Positions 22,406 to 23,004 of a stretch of DNA of 23,004 nucleotides are shown here, in pieces. Made by a program: the position numbers and the translations under genes. The notes beneath the pieces were generated by a model. It searched no databases. It was not told the origin of the DNA and worked only from the letters and a program-made list of their open reading frames with translations. The DNA is from a virus. How positions within the stretch are numbered: the first letter of the stretch is position 1; each line of letters starts with the position of its first letter. The DNA is taken from IMG/VR virus record IMGVR_UViG_3300035561_000103, positions 1-23,004 of that record; one strand, written 5' to 3'.

Positions 22406-23004
22406 TCGGCAGAGCACCGATGAGGACACCAAGGCTAGGAATTGGGATAGCACCACCAGCAAGCGATGTCGCAACCCAAGACATCAAATCGATACGAGAC
22501 GTGGCAACGCTAGGATCTGAACTCGTTGCCAACGGAGACTTTGATGGTGATGCATCGGGCTGGACTCTTGGAGCAGGCTGGGCATATGGAACAAACAACG
22601 TCGCACACACACCGGGGAATGTTGAAGCACTGTCTCAAGACATTTCGGTGGTTATTGATACTGTCTACGTGGTCTCTTTTTCCCAGTCGGGTGCAAGCGC
22701 CGGATCACTCACGATATCAATAGGGGGCGTTTCGGTTGCGTGGTCGTATTGGCAATCCGTAAAATCGGTCACGATCACAGCAGGGGCTACCGGATCGTTA
22801 TCGCTATCGATCACACCATCAACCGATTATGACGGCACGCTCGATGATATTTCGGTCAAGGCGATTGTGGCGTATACGCTTCCAACGGCCAGGTTGCTGA
22901 ACGTAGATGGCAGCGTAGGAGCGGAGATTCGATCTGGGGGATCGGGACTCTCCAACACCGCGATCGGGTACAACGCGCTCTATGCGAACACCACGGGCAA
23001 CTCC
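22402..23004 (+). CDS. Fibre/adhesin (partial): CBM-like jelly roll followed by NTAIG beta-roll repeat
   Basis: Hand translation: ELVANGDFD...GW...LDDISVK, then SNTAIGYNALYANTTGNS at the window edge; ATGA overlap; no stop in window. Confidence 0.75.
   Translation, partial: MIGRAPMRTPRLGIGIAPPASDVATQDIKSIRDVATLGSELVANGDFDGDASGWTLGAGWAYGTNNVAHTPGNVEALSQDISVVIDTVYVVSFSQSGASAGSLTISIGGVSVAWSYWQSVKSVTITAGATGSLSLSITPSTDYDGTLDDISVKAIVAYTLPTARLLNVDGSVGAEIRSGGSGLSNTAIGYNALYANTTGNS

Larger units (their letters stand above)
1..23004. mobile_element. Archaeal tailed virus/provirus segment (probable Methanosarcinales/Methanotrichales host)
   Basis: Protease-scaffold/decoration/MCP head module, TerS-like gene, primase-helicase, MTase, dense small overlapping ORFs (ATGA/GTGA/TGATG junctions), archaeal promoters and archaeal-type ThyA and regulators. 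Ends and integrase are not in the window. Confidence 0.9.

Noticed and set aside
22402-23004. Diversity-generating retroelement
   Set aside because: No reverse transcriptase or TR/VR repeat pair in this window.

Overview
The window is part of an archaeal head-tail (Caudoviricetes-like) virus or provirus. The host is most likely a methanogen of the Methanosarcinales/Methanotrichales, and Methanothrix-like is the best guess. This is inferred from TATA/BRE promoters, GGAGG/GGTGA RBSs, an archaeal-type ThyA, NrdH-like glutaredoxins and Methanosarcinales-type TrmB/ArsR regulators. Left to right it contains: (1) a leftward early operon of small ORFs behind an AbrB-like regulator; (2) a rightward nucleotide-metabolism cluster (glutaredoxin, thymidylate synthase, degenerate MazG-like protein); (3) an AT-rich inserted island (Cas4/RecB-like nuclease plus two wHTH proteins); (4) a replication module (RHH regulator, PD-(D/E)XK nuclease, and a 1029-aa PriS-PriL-SF3 helicase fusion whose 3' end carries 13 GACCAGC iterons in opposed arrays around an AT-rich spacer, the likely origin); (5) a second glutaredoxin, a TerS-like gene, an RHH-MazG fusion and a beta-class DNA methyltransferase; (6) an operon with a proteasome-beta/HslV-like Thr1 peptidase; (7) regulators, one behind a (CTAT)6 microsatellite promoter; (8) the head module (protease-scaffold, decoration protein, HK97-type MCP, adaptor) followed by a truncated CBM/beta-roll adhesin. 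No TerL, portal, integrase, tail tube or tape measure gene, tRNA, CRISPR array or RT is visible. Family assignments come from motif recognition by eye, not from database searches.
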